Assembly (NCBI GenBank): GCA_965221145.1
Contig: OZ244877.1
Coordinates: forward strand, 2,002,743 to 2,066,742
DNA: 64,000 nt
Source: Caldilineaceae bacterium
Lineage (GTDB): Bacteria; Chloroflexota; Anaerolineae; Caldilineales; Caldilineaceae
Reading direction: 5' to 3'
Shown in pieces: positions 51,382-62,861 of the stretch. The notes under the pieces are model-generated. The model made no database searches and had not been told where the DNA came from. It saw nothing but the letters and a program-made list of their open reading frames with translations. The position numbers and the translations under genes are program-made. Every line of letters starts with the position of its first letter. Position 1 is the first letter of the stretch.

Positions 51382-51458
51382 AAATGATCTCCTGACAGCG
51401 TATTGCGCAATGCGTATTGATTCGCAATACCGGGCTTGCAACTCCTGTTACGCAATAC

Positions 51459-54400
51459 TCAGTTGCCGCTCACGCGCGCCGCATCCTGACTGTTGCGCTC
51501 GAAAGCGGCCATCAGCGCCTCCGCGCCCTTGAGTCCCGTGGCTTCGACTTCGGCGAGGCATTGCTGCATTCGCTTATAGTCTTTCGGCAACACCTTGACA
51601 AACTTGGTCACGTACTCGTCCCAATTTGAAAGGACCTTTCTTGCGACCTCCGAATTGGTATACGCGTAGTGGCGTTGGATCATCTCCCGCACTTCGGCGC
51701 ACTCCTCCGCGTCTTCCAGCTTTCCCAGTTCGACCATTTCAAGATTGGCGCGTTGACTGAACCATACGCCGTCCACCGGCTCCTCATCCAGTACGTATGC
51801 AATGCCGCCGGACATGCCCGCCGCAAAGTTGCGTCCTGTGCGGCCCAGCACAACTACGCGGCCACCGGTCATGTATTCGCATCCGTGATCGCCGACGCCT
51901 TCGATGACAGCCTGCATACCGGAGTTGCGCACGCAGAAGCGCTCGCCCGCCATGCCCCGAATGTATGCCTCGCCGCTCGTCGCACCGTAAAAGGCCACAT
52001 TGCCGATAATGATATTGTCTTCGGCCTTGAACGTTGAGCCATACGGCGGGTAAGCGATGATCTTGCCGCCGGAGAGTCCCTTGCCGAAATAGTCGTTGCC
52101 GTCGCCCTCCAATTCCAAAGTCATGCCCTTGGGGATGAACGCGCCGAAGCTCTGACCGGCTGCCCCCTGGAATTGCAACTGGATCGTGTCTTCAGGCAGA
52201 CCGCCCGGGCCGAAGCGGCGCGTGATCTCACTGCCCGCAATCGTGCCTACCACGCGGTTGATATTCTGGATTGGCAAGGTCGCCTTCACACGGCGCAACG
52301 AACTTTCGGAGCTGCCATCCTGCTGCGCATCGTTTGCGCGTTGCACATCCTCAACGCGGTTGTCGAGCGCAGGTTTGCATAGTTCCAGCAGCGTGGTATT
52401 GTCCATCGCTTCGTCCAAACCGTGATCCTGACCGATCTGACAGTAGCGCCCCCAATCTTCCGGCACGTCCGGCCGGTGCAAGATGGCGGTCAGGTCGATT
52501 CCCTTCGCTTTCCAGTGATCAATCGCCTTCGGCACCTGTAGCCGGTCCGTGCGCCCGATCATCTCGTTCACAGTGCGGAAACCGAGCTTCGCCATGTACT
52601 CGCGCAACTCTTGGGCGATGAAGCGCATGAAGTTGACCACGTGCTCCGGGTCGCCCGTAAATTTCGCTCGCAATTCCGGATTCTGCGTCGCCACGCCCAC
52701 AGGGCAGGTATCCAGATGACAGACCCGCATCATGATGCAACCCAGGGCCACAAGCGGGCTGGTGGCAAAGCCAAACTCCTCCGCCCCCAGCAGCGCAGCA
52801 ATGGCAAGGTCGCGGCCCGTCTTGAGCTGGCCATCGGTCTCGACGACGACGCGGCTGCGCAGATTGTTGATGAGCAAGGTCTGGTGCGTCTCGGCCACGC
52901 CCAACTCCCAGGGCAGGCCGGCATGTTTGATGCTCGTCTGCGGCGATGCGCCCGTCCCGCCGTCATGCCCGCTGATCAGGATTACGTCGGCGTGACCCTT
53001 GGCGACACCGGCAGCGACTGTGCCCACGCCCACTTCCGACACCAGCTTGACGTTGATGCGGGCGTGATGGTTTGCGTTCTTGAGGTCGTGGATCAACTCG
53101 GCAAGGTCTTCAATCGAATAGATGTCATGGTGGGGCGGCGGTGAGATCAGTCCGACACCCGGCGTTGAGTGCCGCACCTCTGCGATCCAGGGATAGACCT
53201 TCTTGCCGGGCAGCTGTCCGCCTTCCCCCGGCTTGGCCCCCTGCGCCATCTTTATCTGCAACTCTTTTGCGTTGACCAGATAGTTGCTGGTTACACCGAA
53301 GCGTGCCGACGCCACCTGTTTGATGGCGCTGTTTTTCGAATCGCCGTTCTCTTCCAGGAAATAGCGGGCCGGGTCTTCGCCGCCCTCGCCGGTATTGCTG
53401 CGACCGCCGATGCGGTTCATCGCGACCGCCAGCGTTTCATGCGCCTCTTTGCTGATCGAGCCGTAGGACATGGCGCCGCTCTTGAAGCGTTTGCAGATCG
53501 ACTCGACCGGCTCCACCTCTTCGACGGGGATGCTTGGCACGCCGTCGAAATCGAACTCCAGCAGGCCGCGCAGGTTGCACCACTCCTTGTTCATGCGGTC
53601 GATGTCCTGCGTATAGGCCTTGAACGAGGCATAATCCTCAGTGCGCGTCGCCTTCTGCAGCAGGTGAACGGTACGGGGATTGAACAGGTGCAATTCGCCA
53701 TCACTGCGCCATTGGTAGTCGCCGCCGGGGGAAAGCAACTGCCCGCCGCTGCTGCCGTTCCCATTGACTGCTGGCCGGCCTACTTCGGAGACATGGCCGT
53801 TCTGCTCCACCTGCGAGTAGAGTCGCACCGGGTAAGCTCGATCGTGGCGCATCTTCACCTCGGCATAGATCTCCGGCAGATCGATTCCCTCCACCCGGCT
53901 CGCTGTCCAAGTGAAGTATTTGTCGACCAGTCGCTGGCTCAGGCCGAGCGCCTCAAATATCTGCGCGCCGCAGTAGCTCTGGATCGTCGAAATGCCCATC
54001 TTTGACAGCACTTTGACGACACCCTTCATCGCCGCCTTGACGTAGTTGTATACTGCGGTGTCGTGGTCGATGTTGACCAGTAGCCGGTTCTGGATCATCT
54101 GGTCCAGCGTTTCCATCGCCAGATAGGGGTTGACGGCGGTTGCGCCGAAGCCGATCAGCAAAGCCAGGTGATGCACTTCGCGCGGCTCGCCCGATTCGAC
54201 AACCAACGCCACTTGCGTGCGGGTCTCGTTGCGAATCAGGTGGTGATGTAGGCCGGACACTGCCAGCAGAGCGGGGATTGGCGCAACGCCCGGCGCAACG
54301 CCCCGGTCCGAAAGAACAAGGATGTTGAATCCTTCGTCAATCGCCTCTGTCGCAGCTTGGAACAGATCCTCCAAAGCCTGTTCCAGCGCCTCCTCTCCTC

Positions 54401-56270
54401 CACTTATGTCGAAGAGAATCGATAGCGTCTTGGCGCGAAAACGCGGCGCGCCGCTGCGCTCGATGTGGCGGATTTTGGCTAATTCGCTGTTGGTGAGAAT
54501 CGGCTGTGTCAGTTTGAGTTGGCGACAATTTTCCGGCTTGGTTTCAAGAAGGTTCAACTCCGTGCCCATCATCACCTCGGTGGCCGTTATCAGTTCCTCG
54601 CGGATGGCGTCGATGGGCGGGTTTGTCACCTGGGCAAATAGCTGCTTGAAATAGTTGTACAGTAGTTGCGAGTGGTTGGACAGGGCAGCCGCCGGCGTGT
54701 CGTTGCCCATCGCGCCCAGCGCTTCGACGCCGTCTGTCGCCATCGGCGCCAGCAGAATGCGCAACTGCTCAAACGTATAGCCGAAGACCTGTTGCCGTTC
54801 AATTAGCGTACTGTGATCGACGCCCGGCACGTAAACATCCGGCTGCGGAATCTCATCCAGACTGACCATATGCTCGTCGAGCCACTCCCGGTAGGGATGC
54901 GCCGCGGCCATTGTCTCCTTCAACTCCCCATCGGAGATGATGCGGCCCTCGTTCGTATCCACCAGGAACATTCGCCCCGGCTCGAGGCGCGCCTTCTTCA
55001 AGACGCGTTCAGGCTCCATCGGCAGCACGCCCACCTCCGACGCCATCACCACCATGTCGTCCTTGGTGACGCAGTAGCGTGAGGGCCGCAAGCCGTTGCG
55101 GTCAAGCACAGCGCCAACCATCGCGCCATCGGTAAAGACGATCGACGCCGGACCGTCCCAAGGCTCCATCATCGTGCTGTGGTACTCGTAAAACGCCTTC
55201 TTGGCATCGCTCATCGTCTCATGCTGCGACCAAGGCTCCGGGATCATCATCATCATCGCCTGCGGCAATGAGCGCCCCGACAGGTAAAGAAACTCCAGCG
55301 TCTCATCAAATTTGGCCGAGTCGCTGCCATCCTCTTGGATGATTGGCAGCACCTTCTTGATGTCGCCGCCGAACAACTTGCTCTCGAACTGGGACTGGCG
55401 GGCGTGCATCCAGTTCTCGTTGCCGCGCAGCGTGTTGATCTCACCGTTGTGGATCATGTAACGATACGGGTGAGCGCGTTCCCAACTGGGGAACGTATTG
55501 GTGCTGAAACGCGAGTGGACCACAACCAGCGCCGACTCCATATCCTCGTCCAGCAGATCGGGATAAAAACCCTTGACCTGCGGTGACATCAACATTCCCT
55601 TATAGACAACCGTGCGCGATGAGAGACTGGCGACATAGAACGAATTGCCTTCCCGCAGCGGAGAGTAGCGAATCTGGTTCTCGGCCAACTTACGGATCAC
55701 ATACAGTTTGCGCTCGAACGCCAATTCATCATCGCCTGTCAGTCGGTCCGGGCTGCGTCCGATGAAAACCTGACGGACGACCGGTTCGCCCAAGCGGGCG
55801 GTGTGGCCCAACTCCTGATTGGCGGTCGGCACGGTGCGCCAACCAAGAACGGTCTGACCCTCGGAGCGAATTATCTTCTCAAAAAGTTGCTCGCAACGGA
55901 AACGGTAGTCCCCCCTTTGTGGCAGAAAGATCATCCCCACTGCGTACTCGCCTTCCGGCGGCAGTTCGATCCCTTCAGCCGCGGCCTCCTTGCGCATGAA
56001 CTTGTCCGGCGTCTGCATAAGGACGCCTGCGCCATCGCCTGTATTCGGCTCGCATCCGCACGCGCCCCGATGCGCCAGGTTGAGGAGCACCTGCAATCCC
56101 TGTGAAACGATGGAATGGGACTTCTGGCCCTTGATGTTTACCACGAAGCCGACACCGCAAGCGTCGTGCTCGTAGCGCGGATCATAGAGACCCTGTTTTG
56201 GTGGCAGTCCGTTATGCGCGTGGGGAGTAGAATGAAGAGTACAGGAAGGGGTAAGATGAATTTCAGACAT
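51459..56270 (-). CDS. gltB: Glutamate synthase large subunit
   Basis: 1603 aa. Ntn amidotransferase start ...[12 protein letters not shown]/Fe-S domain [12 protein letters not shown], and C-terminal GXGXG-type repeats. Confidence 0.95.
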   Translation of the reverse strand: MSEIHLTPSCTLHSTPHAHNGLPPKQGLYDPRYEHDACGVGFVVNIKGQKSHSIVSQGLQVLLNLAHRGACGCEPNTGDGAGVLMQTPDKFMRKEAAAEGIELPPEGEYAVGMIFLPQRGDYRFRCEQLFEKIIRSEGQTVLGWRTVPTANQELGHTARLGEPVVRQVFIGRSPDRLTGDDELAFERKLYVIRKLAENQIRYSPLREGNSFYVASLSSRTVVYKGMLMSPQVKGFYPDLLDEDMESALVVVHSRFSTNTFPSWERAHPYRYMIHNGEINTLRGNENWMHARQSQFESKLFGGDIKKVLPIIQEDGSDSAKFDETLEFLYLSGRSLPQAMMMMIPEPWSQHETMSDAKKAFYEYHSTMMEPWDGPASIVFTDGAMVGAVLDRNGLRPSRYCVTKDDMVVMASEVGVLPMEPERVLKKARLEPGRMFLVDTNEGRIISDGELKETMAAAHPYREWLDEHMVSLDEIPQPDVYVPGVDHSTLIERQQVFGYTFEQLRILLAPMATDGVEALGAMGNDTPAAALSNHSQLLYNYFKQLFAQVTNPPIDAIREELITATEVMMGTELNLLETKPENCRQLKLTQPILTNSELAKIRHIERSGAPRFRAKTLSILFDISGGEEALEQALEDLFQAATEAIDEGFNILVLSDRGVAPGVAPIPALLAVSGLHHHLIRNETRTQVALVVESGEPREVHHLALLIGFGATAVNPYLAMETLDQMIQNRLLVNIDHDTAVYNYVKAAMKGVVKVLSKMGISTIQSYCGAQIFEALGLSQRLVDKYFTWTASRVEGIDLPEIYAEVKMRHDRAYPVRLYSQVEQNGHVSEVGRPAVNGNGSSGGQLLSPGGDYQWRSDGELHLFNPRTVHLLQKATRTEDYASFKAYTQDIDRMNKEWCNLRGLLEFDFDGVPSIPVEEVEPVESICKRFKSGAMSYGSISKEAHETLAVAMNRIGGRSNTGEGGEDPARYFLEENGDSKNSAIKQVASARFGVTSNYLVNAKELQIKMAQGAKPGEGGQLPGKKVYPWIAEVRHSTPGVGLISPPPHHDIYSIEDLAELIHDLKNANHHARINVKLVSEVGVGTVAAGVAKGHADVILISGHDGGTGASPQTSIKHAGLPWELGVAETHQTLLINNLRSRVVVETDGQLKTGRDLAIAALLGAEEFGFATSPLVALGCIMMRVCHLDTCPVGVATQNPELRAKFTGDPEHVVNFMRFIAQELREYMAKLGFRTVNEMIGRTDRLQVPKAIDHWKAKGIDLTAILHRPDVPEDWGRYCQIGQDHGLDEAMDNTTLLELCKPALDNRVEDVQRANDAQQDGSSESSLRRVKATLPIQNINRVVGTIAGSEITRRFGPGGLPEDTIQLQFQGAAGQSFGAFIPKGMTLELEGDGNDYFGKGLSGGKIIAYPPYGSTFKAEDNIIIGNVAFYGATSGEAYIRGMAGERFCVRNSGMQAVIEGVGDHGCEYMTGGRVVVLGRTGRNFAAGMSGGIAYVLDEEPVDGVWFSQRANLEMVELGKLEDAEECAEVREMIQRHYAYTNSEVARKVLSNWDEYVTKFVKVLPKDYKRMQQCLAEVEATGLKGAEALMAAFERNSQDAARVSGN

Positions 56271-56746
56271 AACGACATCTCCTCAGAAAAGCTTTCAGCT
56301 TCGAATCGTTCGCGCTTTGCGGGCGGCTAATTGGTCCCTTCACAGCAAACGAACAACCGTTACCAACAAGTGATGCGAAGCAGGAGCGTCTGCACAGACC
56401 GGATGACGTCGTTGTCGAAGCGTGCCTACTTTGCCTACAGGCCTAATTTGAGAGAATCCAATCCGAGATCATATCATATAATGTAAACGAATTTGGCAGT
56501 TTCGTCAACTTTTCTCCTCTTGAGTAGCCAAGCAATAGCCGTTGCCGCTTTTGATGACCTCCACGCCAATTTTACTAATTCTATTGGCGCGGAAACCTTA
56601 CGATGAAGGTGTTGATTGGCCAAGAACACGCACTTTATTTTTGCCCGACTGCGGGAATGGGGAAGGGCACTTGGAAATCCTCAAGAAAAGGAAAGAGCGG
56701 CGATTCGAAAAGATCGCAGTCGCCGCTCTCCTGCTCCATTCTCATT

Positions 56747-58522
56747 CTAAATCCCGACCGTAGCCACCCCCGAATCCGCAGCGGCAATCGCGACCGTGGC
56801 GTCATCCGCATCCTCGGCCGCGCACAACTTATTCAGCGCCTGCAAGTACGCCTTTGTGCTGGCGACAATTATATCCGTATCCACGCCGCGGCCACCGAAA
56901 AGCCGCCGTCGCGGCCGGCCCTGTGCCGTCTTACTGTGACCGCGGCTGTCCGGCACCTCGATGCGCACCGTTACATCGCCGTTGGCGTCGATCCCCTCCG
57001 TGACAGCCTGCACCAGAAACTCCGTCAACTCATTGGGCTGCTGCACGATCTTGTCGATACACCGGTAGGCCGCGTCCACCGGGCCTCTGCCGAAGCTGAC
57101 GTCGGTAATCTCCTCGCCGGTCTCATTATTACGCAGCGTCGCCACCGCAGTGGGCGTCATGTTCGTGCCGCACTGTACCTGCACTCCCATCAACTCCCAG
57201 ACCTCGACCGGCTGATACAGTTCATCCGCCACCAGCGCCTCGATGTCGGCGTCAGTGACGCTCTTTTTCTTGTCCGCAAGATCCTTGAAGCGCAGAAATA
57301 CCTCGTTCAGATTCTCTTTGTCCAGATGATAGCCCAACTCTTGCAGCCGCACGCCCAGCGCATGGCGTCCTGAATGCTTGCCCAGCACCAGCCGACTCTG
57401 ATGCAGGCCAATCGTATGCGCGTCCATGATTTCGTACGTGCGCTTGTTCTTCAACATCCCGTCTTGGTGAATTCCTGCCTCGTGCGCGAACGCGTTCGAC
57501 CCCACAATCGCCTTGTTCGGCTGGATCACCATGCCTGTGTAGCGGCTTACCATGTCGCTGCTGCGGTGAATCTCCTGGCTGCGTATGTTTGTGCGCAGGT
57601 CGAAGACCGACTGCCTCGTATACAGCGCCATTACCGTCTCTTCAAGACTGGTGTTGCCGGCGCGTTCGCCAATCCCGTTGATCGTCACTTCGACTTGGCG
57701 CGCCCCGTTCTGGACGCCTGCCAGCGTGTTTGCCGTCGCCAGACCCAGGTCATTGTGGCAGTGAACGCTGAAGATCACGTCCTTGCCGCCGTCAACGTTC
57801 TCTCGCAGATGCCGGATCAGTCCGCCGAACTCTTCCGGCGTCGTGTATCCGACCGTGTCAGGTATGTTCAGCGTCGTCGCCCCCGCTTTGATGGCAACGC
57901 TCAGTACCTCGACCAGGAAATCCGGATCGCTGCGACCGGCGTCTTCAGGGCTGAACTCGACGTTGTCGCACAGGCTGCGGGCGTACTGCACCATGTCGCC
58001 CACCGTTTCCAGCACTTCGCTGGGCGACATGCGCAACTTATGCTGCATGTGAATGTCGCTGGTGGCGAGGAATGTATGGATGCGCGGCCGCACCGCGCCC
58101 TGTACCGCTTCCCATGCCTTGTCGATGTCCTTCTTGTTGGCTCGGGCCAGGCCGGCGATGATGGGCGGCGCGCTGACATTGCTCTCACTGTCGACACGAG
58201 GCGTGCGGCCCACAGTTAAGGCGATCCGCTTGACCGCCGCCAGATCGCCGGGTGAGGCCGCAGGGAATCCTGCTTCCATTATGTCGATGCCCAAGCGCGC
58301 CAACTGGCGGGCGATCTCCAGCTTCTCCTGCTCGTTCAGCGTCGCGCCGGGCGACTGTTCCCCGTCGCGCAGCGTCGTGTCGAACACGAGAATCGTGTTG
58401 CCATGGGCGATGTCCCGCGCCCACTGCTTGACATCGGCCAGACGGAACTGTTCTACATCAATCTCAGAACCGTTGTCCGCGGCCCCGTCGGCCTGTTGTT
58501 GCCCATCAATTGTAGTCGTCAT
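56747..58522 (-). CDS. leuA: 2-isopropylmalate synthase
   Basis: 591 aa. [29 protein letters not shown], and a C-terminal LeuA dimerisation/regulatory domain. Confidence 0.9.
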   Translation of the reverse strand: MTTTIDGQQQADGAADNGSEIDVEQFRLADVKQWARDIAHGNTILVFDTTLRDGEQSPGATLNEQEKLEIARQLARLGIDIMEAGFPAASPGDLAAVKRIALTVGRTPRVDSESNVSAPPIIAGLARANKKDIDKAWEAVQGAVRPRIHTFLATSDIHMQHKLRMSPSEVLETVGDMVQYARSLCDNVEFSPEDAGRSDPDFLVEVLSVAIKAGATTLNIPDTVGYTTPEEFGGLIRHLRENVDGGKDVIFSVHCHNDLGLATANTLAGVQNGARQVEVTINGIGERAGNTSLEETVMALYTRQSVFDLRTNIRSQEIHRSSDMVSRYTGMVIQPNKAIVGSNAFAHEAGIHQDGMLKNKRTYEIMDAHTIGLHQSRLVLGKHSGRHALGVRLQELGYHLDKENLNEVFLRFKDLADKKKSVTDADIEALVADELYQPVEVWELMGVQVQCGTNMTPTAVATLRNNETGEEITDVSFGRGPVDAAYRCIDKIVQQPNELTEFLVQAVTEGIDANGDVTVRIEVPDSRGHSKTAQGRPRRRLFGGRGVDTDIIVASTKAYLQALNKLCAAEDADDATVAIAAADSGVATVGI

Positions 58523-58751
58523 TGCAAGATGTCTCCCGAGGTGATTTGGCTGCCAGCCGACTCGACAACCCGAAACATCGGAGGCTGGGTGCCAAACAGG
58601 TCGAATGATGACGGATTCGCTCTCCCTCGCCGCGGGGGGCAGGGGATGAAGCCACTGTGTGGTGCGACTTGCCTATCCGCATAAGGTCGCTAAGGCCATC
58701 ATCCATGTTCACCACCTCCTTTCCTGATGCGTCATTCCTGCTTCGCAATGC

Positions 58752-59753
58752 TCAGACTTCCTTCGCGTCCAGGAAGGTCATCATCCTGCGCAGTTCCTTG
58801 CCAACGTTTTCCAACTGCTGATTCTGTTCATTCCGGCGCCGTTCGTAATAGATCTTGCCGCCGCCGTGATACTCGTCCATCCACTCCTCAGCGAACGCGC
58901 CCGACTGAATGTCGGCCAATATCTTTCTCATCGACTCCTTCGTTTCGTCCGTGATCACCCGCTGGCCGCTCTTGTAGTCGCCCCATTCGGCCGTGTCGCT
59001 GACACTGTAACGCATGTAGTTCAGCCCGCCCTGGTACATCAGATCGACGATCAATTTCAATTCGTGCAGACACTCGAAGTAGGCGATTTCCGGCTGGTAA
59101 CCTGCGTCGACCAGGACCTCAAATCCGGCCTTGATCAGTTCGCTGACGCCGCCGCACAGCACCGTCTGCTCGCCGAACAAATCGGTCTCCGTCTCCTCGG
59201 CGAACGTGGTCTCCAGGACCCCGGCCCGGGCTGAGCCGATCGCTTTGGCGTAAGCAAGCGCATTGGCCAGGGCATTGCCCGACGCGTCCTGATGAATGGC
59301 AACCAACGCCGGCACGCCCGATCCTTCGACGAAGACCTCCCGCACCCGATGGCCGGGGGCCTTGGGCGCCACCATCGACACGTCTACATCCTCCGGCGCG
59401 ACGATGAAGCCATAACGGATATTGAATCCGTGGGCGAACATCAGTGTATTGCCCGGCGCCAGGTTGGGCGCGATCTCCTCCTCATATACCTTGCCCTGAA
59501 TCGGATCGGGAATCACGACCATAATCATGTCCGCTTCCCGCGCCGCATCAGCCACGCTCACCACCCGCAACCCTTCGGCCTCGGCTTTTGCCTTGCTGCG
59601 GCTCCCTTCGTGCAAGCCGATGCGCACGTCCTGACCGCTGTCCTTCATATTCAACGCGTGGGCGTGGCCTTGGCTGCCGTAGCCGATTACCGCGATCTTC
59701 TTGCCGCTGATCTGGGCTATATCGGCATCATTCTCATAGTAGATCGTCGTCAC
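58752..59753 (-). CDS. ilvC: Ketol-acid reductoisomerase (class I)
   Basis: GTG start at 59753 chosen ((M)[10 protein letters not shown]..., GGAGG RBS 5 nt upstream), giving 333 aa. The track ORF to 59822 adds 23 atypical residues. [14 protein letters not shown]. Confidence 0.9.
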   Translation of the reverse strand: MTTIYYENDADIAQISGKKIAVIGYGSQGHAHALNMKDSGQDVRIGLHEGSRSKAKAEAEGLRVVSVADAAREADMIMVVIPDPIQGKVYEEEIAPNLAPGNTLMFAHGFNIRYGFIVAPEDVDVSMVAPKAPGHRVREVFVEGSGVPALVAIHQDASGNALANALAYAKAIGSARAGVLETTFAEETETDLFGEQTVLCGGVSELIKAGFEVLVDAGYQPEIAYFECLHELKLIVDLMYQGGLNYMRYSVSDTAEWGDYKSGQRVITDETKESMRKILADIQSGAFAEEWMDEYHGGGKIYYERRRNEQNQQLENVGKELRRMMTFLDAKEV

Positions 59754-59861
59754 TGTATCCTCCGGGATTCTGATTTCGTGTATGTTGTGGTTGCCGCGAC
59801 CGCGCAACCTATAGGCGTCCAACTGGTATAGACGTACAAATGTATGACTTAGTTTCCCATT

Positions 59862-60422
59862 CTACTCCTGATCGTCGTGCCCGCTTCCGTTCAGGCTGGC
59901 GGCGGCCTTGAAAATCGCGGTGGATGGCTTCCTTTGTTTGGGCCGCTCGTCGCCGCGACAGAGCGCCACCCGCCCGGTGCGGACCATCTCTTCAATGCCG
60001 AACGGTCGCATCAGCTCGATCAGCGAATCGACCTTGTCTTCTGTGCCAACCGCCTGTACCACAAGATTCTCTGTGTTGACATCCACGATCTGCGCCCGGT
60101 AAATCTCGGCGAACTGCATGATCTCGCCCCGCGTCGCCGGGGTCGTGCGCACGCGAATCAGCGCCAACTCACGCAGAATGGCCAGCCGCTCTGTAATGTC
60201 ATCCACCGCGGTGACATCCACCACCTTGCGCAACTGTTTGACAACCTGATCCGCCACCCGCTCGTCACCATCCACCACAAAGGTCATGCGGCTGATGCCC
60301 GGTGTCTCGCTGTGACTGACCTGAAGACTGTCGATGTTGAAGTTGCGCCTGCGCAACATGCCGGACACACGATTCAGCACGCCGGGCTTATCACGCATCC
60401 AGGCAACAAGAGTGTATTGCAT
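59862..60422 (-). CDS. ilvN: Acetolactate synthase small (regulatory) subunit
   Basis: 186 aa. ACT domain [31 protein letters not shown]. Confidence 0.88.
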   Translation of the reverse strand: MQYTLVAWMRDKPGVLNRVSGMLRRRNFNIDSLQVSHSETPGISRMTFVVDGDERVADQVVKQLRKVVDVTAVDDITERLAILRELALIRVRTTPATRGEIMQFAEIYRAQIVDVNTENLVVQAVGTEDKVDSLIELMRPFGIEEMVRTGRVALCRGDERPKQRKPSTAIFKAAASLNGSGHDDQE

Positions 60423-60524
60423 TCGTCTCCCCCTGGGATGGCAAGCATCTCGCCTGCACCTTTCAGTTGCTGCCGCAAGCCGGGCAACCGAAGGTAAACT
60501 GACAATCGTTTTGACACGTCAACG

Positions 60525-62315
60525 TTACCAACTCGGCTGAACGCCGCTGTATCCCTGCATCAAGCCCGGTTTGGGCCGCCGGATCAACTCGTCAACAGCC
60601 GCGCCCGGCGCCACCATCGGATAGACGTTCACCTCTTCCTTGACCTGGAAATCGATGAGAAAAGGCCCGTCCGTCGCGTGCGCCTGCTCTAGAACCGCCA
60701 CAACCTCGCTCGGATGGCGTACAACCGCCGCTGGGATGTCGTAGGCGTCAGCCAGCTTCACGTAGTTTGGCGAGAGAATCGGCGTACCCACGTAGCGTTT
60801 GTCGTAGAAGATCTGTTGCCACTGGCGCACCATGCCCAGGAATCCGTTGTTGATGATGGCGATCTTGACCGGCAGCTTCTCCTGCTGAATCGTCGCCAAC
60901 TCTTGCAACGTCATCTGGAAGCCGCCATCCCCGGCCACACACCAGACCAGCGCCTCCGGGTCGGATATCTGCGCGCCGAGAGCCGCCGGCAACGCGTATC
61001 CCATCGTGCCCAGCCCCCCGCTTGTGAGCAGCATCCCCGCCTGTTCGTGGATGTAATACTGGCTCTCCCACATCTGATGCTGGCCGACATCCGTGACCAC
61101 GATCACCCGTTTGTCCGTCTGTTCGGTCGCATGCCACAGTTGGCGGATCACATAAGGCGGAATCAGTTCCTCGACCTCATACTGAATAATGTCCGCTTCA
61201 TCCGTCTCCGCGCGCCATTCGTTCAACGTCTGCACCCAATCCTTGTGTCGCCGCTCCCTGATCAGGGGGAGAAAGGCCGGCAGCGTCTCCGCCAGATCGC
61301 CAACCACCGCCACATCCGGGACAATGTTCTTGCCAACCTCCGCCCTGTCCAACTCGAAATGGAGGATCTTAGCGTTGGCGGCAAAACGGTCCAGGCGGCC
61401 TGTGATGCGGTCGTCGAAGCGCATACCCATGGCAACCAGCACATCGCAGCCCTGGATCGCACGGTTGGCAAACGCCTCGCCGTGCATCCCCCCCATTCCC
61501 AGACTCAGCGGGTGGGTTTCCGGGATATTGCCTGTGCCCAGCAGCGTCGTTACTACGGGGATTCCGGCTTTCTCGACCAGTTGCAACAACTCTCCACTTG
61601 TCTCGGAGAGGTGGACGCCGTGCCCGGCCAGGATCAGCGGGCGCTCGGACTCGTTCAGCAGGTCAGCCGCCGCCTGCACAGCTTCGGTACTGAATTCCGG
61701 CCAGGGTTCAAAGCCTGGGAGATTGATCTCGAAATCATAGCGAAATGTGCCGATCTCATTCTGCACATCCTTGCAGATGTCCACCAATACAACGCCCGGT
61801 CGTCCCTCGCGGGCGATGTAAAAGGCCTCCTTCATGATCAGCGGCAACTCTGCAATATCGGTCACGAGATAGTTGTGCTTGCACACCGGCTGCGTGACGC
61901 CGACGACGTCCGACTCCTGAAATGCGTCAGTCCCCAGCAGATTGGTGGGAACCTGGCCGGTTATGGCAACGATCGGCACGCTGTCCATCTGCGCCGTCGC
62001 CAGCCCCGTGACGAGATTGGTCGCACCCGGCCCGCTTGTGACGATGCAGACGCCCACCCGGCCCGTGGCTCTGGCGTATCCATCGGCCATGTGCGCGGCG
62101 CACTGCTCGTGCCGCACCAGTACGTGATGGATGCGCCCGTCCGCTTGGTATTCGGACAACGCGTCATAGGCCGGCAAAATCGCGCCGCCCGGGTGGCCGA
62201 AGACCAGATCGACCCCTTCCCGAAGAAGGGATTCCCAGATCATCTGCGAACCGCTAAACTGCTGGGGCCCCAGATCGTATCCGCTGTCAATCGGTTCTTT
62301 CTTGGCTAGTGCCAT
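60525..62315 (-). CDS. ilvB: Acetolactate synthase large (catalytic) subunit
   Basis: 596 aa. ThDP motif [15 protein letters not shown]...GDGGFQM...[15 protein letters not shown] 62315 with a GGAGGAG RBS. Confidence 0.93.
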   Translation of the reverse strand: MALAKKEPIDSGYDLGPQQFSGSQMIWESLLREGVDLVFGHPGGAILPAYDALSEYQADGRIHHVLVRHEQCAAHMADGYARATGRVGVCIVTSGPGATNLVTGLATAQMDSVPIVAITGQVPTNLLGTDAFQESDVVGVTQPVCKHNYLVTDIAELPLIMKEAFYIAREGRPGVVLVDICKDVQNEIGTFRYDFEINLPGFEPWPEFSTEAVQAAADLLNESERPLILAGHGVHLSETSGELLQLVEKAGIPVVTTLLGTGNIPETHPLSLGMGGMHGEAFANRAIQGCDVLVAMGMRFDDRITGRLDRFAANAKILHFELDRAEVGKNIVPDVAVVGDLAETLPAFLPLIRERRHKDWVQTLNEWRAETDEADIIQYEVEELIPPYVIRQLWHATEQTDKRVIVVTDVGQHQMWESQYYIHEQAGMLLTSGGLGTMGYALPAALGAQISDPEALVWCVAGDGGFQMTLQELATIQQEKLPVKIAIINNGFLGMVRQWQQIFYDKRYVGTPILSPNYVKLADAYDIPAAVVRHPSEVVAVLEQAHATDGPFLIDFQVKEEVNVYPMVAPGAAVDELIRRPKPGLMQGYSGVQPSW

Positions 62316-62454
62316 CCATCTCCTCCTGCAAACAATCTCAATCTTGGTAGGCTCGTCATTGATAGCGCAATGGGCGCGTATCTGCCACTTGCCATCGCAC
62401 TGCTAAGATGTCCAAACCTGATGCGGTTGCTCTTAAACCAGATTTGACTATAGT

Positions 62455-62484
62455 AAAAAGACCCTTCCCGGTTGGGGAAGGGTC
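62455..62484 (-). terminator. Intrinsic terminator/attenuator between a small Ile/Leu/Val-rich ORF and ilvB
   Basis: Minus strand: GACCCTTCCC-caacc-GGGAAGGGTC followed by TTTTTACTATAG. It lies 28 nt after the small-ORF stop and about 140 nt before the ilvB ATG. Confidence 0.65.
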
Positions 62485-62511
62485 TACACTGACCTGAGCG
62501 AGAAGCCTTAC

Positions 62512-62739
62512 TTACTGGACTTCTTTGCCTTCGCCAACCGTACACGGCCCCAAGCCGCTTACAAGAACGGCTACGAGACCGAGAAGAACGATGACAAGGC
62601 TAAGAATTTGGTTTGCGAAAGGCAAGACGGTCAATTCCAGTAAAGATAGACTGCCAATACAGTGAATGTATCCATGCTTGTAGTCTATTGTACATACATT
62701 TGTAAGATGTGCAACTATCAGATGCGGCAATTTGCACAA
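62512..62739 (-). CDS. Candidate ilv leader peptide (start codon uncertain)
   Basis: The C-terminal part reads ...LTVLPFANQILSLVIVLLGLVAVLVSGLGPCTVGEGKEVQ*, and 14 of the 16 residues ILSLVIVLLGLVAVLV are Ile/Leu/Val. The listed start is TTG; another TTG is at 62634. It could instead be a small membrane peptide. Confidence 0.35.
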   Translation of the reverse strand: MCKLPHLIVAHLTNVCTIDYKHGYIHCIGSLSLLELTVLPFANQILSLVIVLLGLVAVLVSGLGPCTVGEGKEVQ

Positions 62740-62861
62740 CGGCGGGCTAATTCTTTCGACGCGAAATCCACATTGGATCAGGGTCGGTCTAAAATCGAGG
62801 GTATGTGCTATAATCGTCTCAGAATGAGGCCGGCCAGGATAATTTGTGGAGCTCAGAAATC

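Noticed and set aside
58523-62850. T-box riboswitches upstream of leuA or ilvB
   Set aside because: I could not find the conserved T-box sequence (AGGGTGGNACCGCG-like) or a specifier-loop arrangement on the minus strand.
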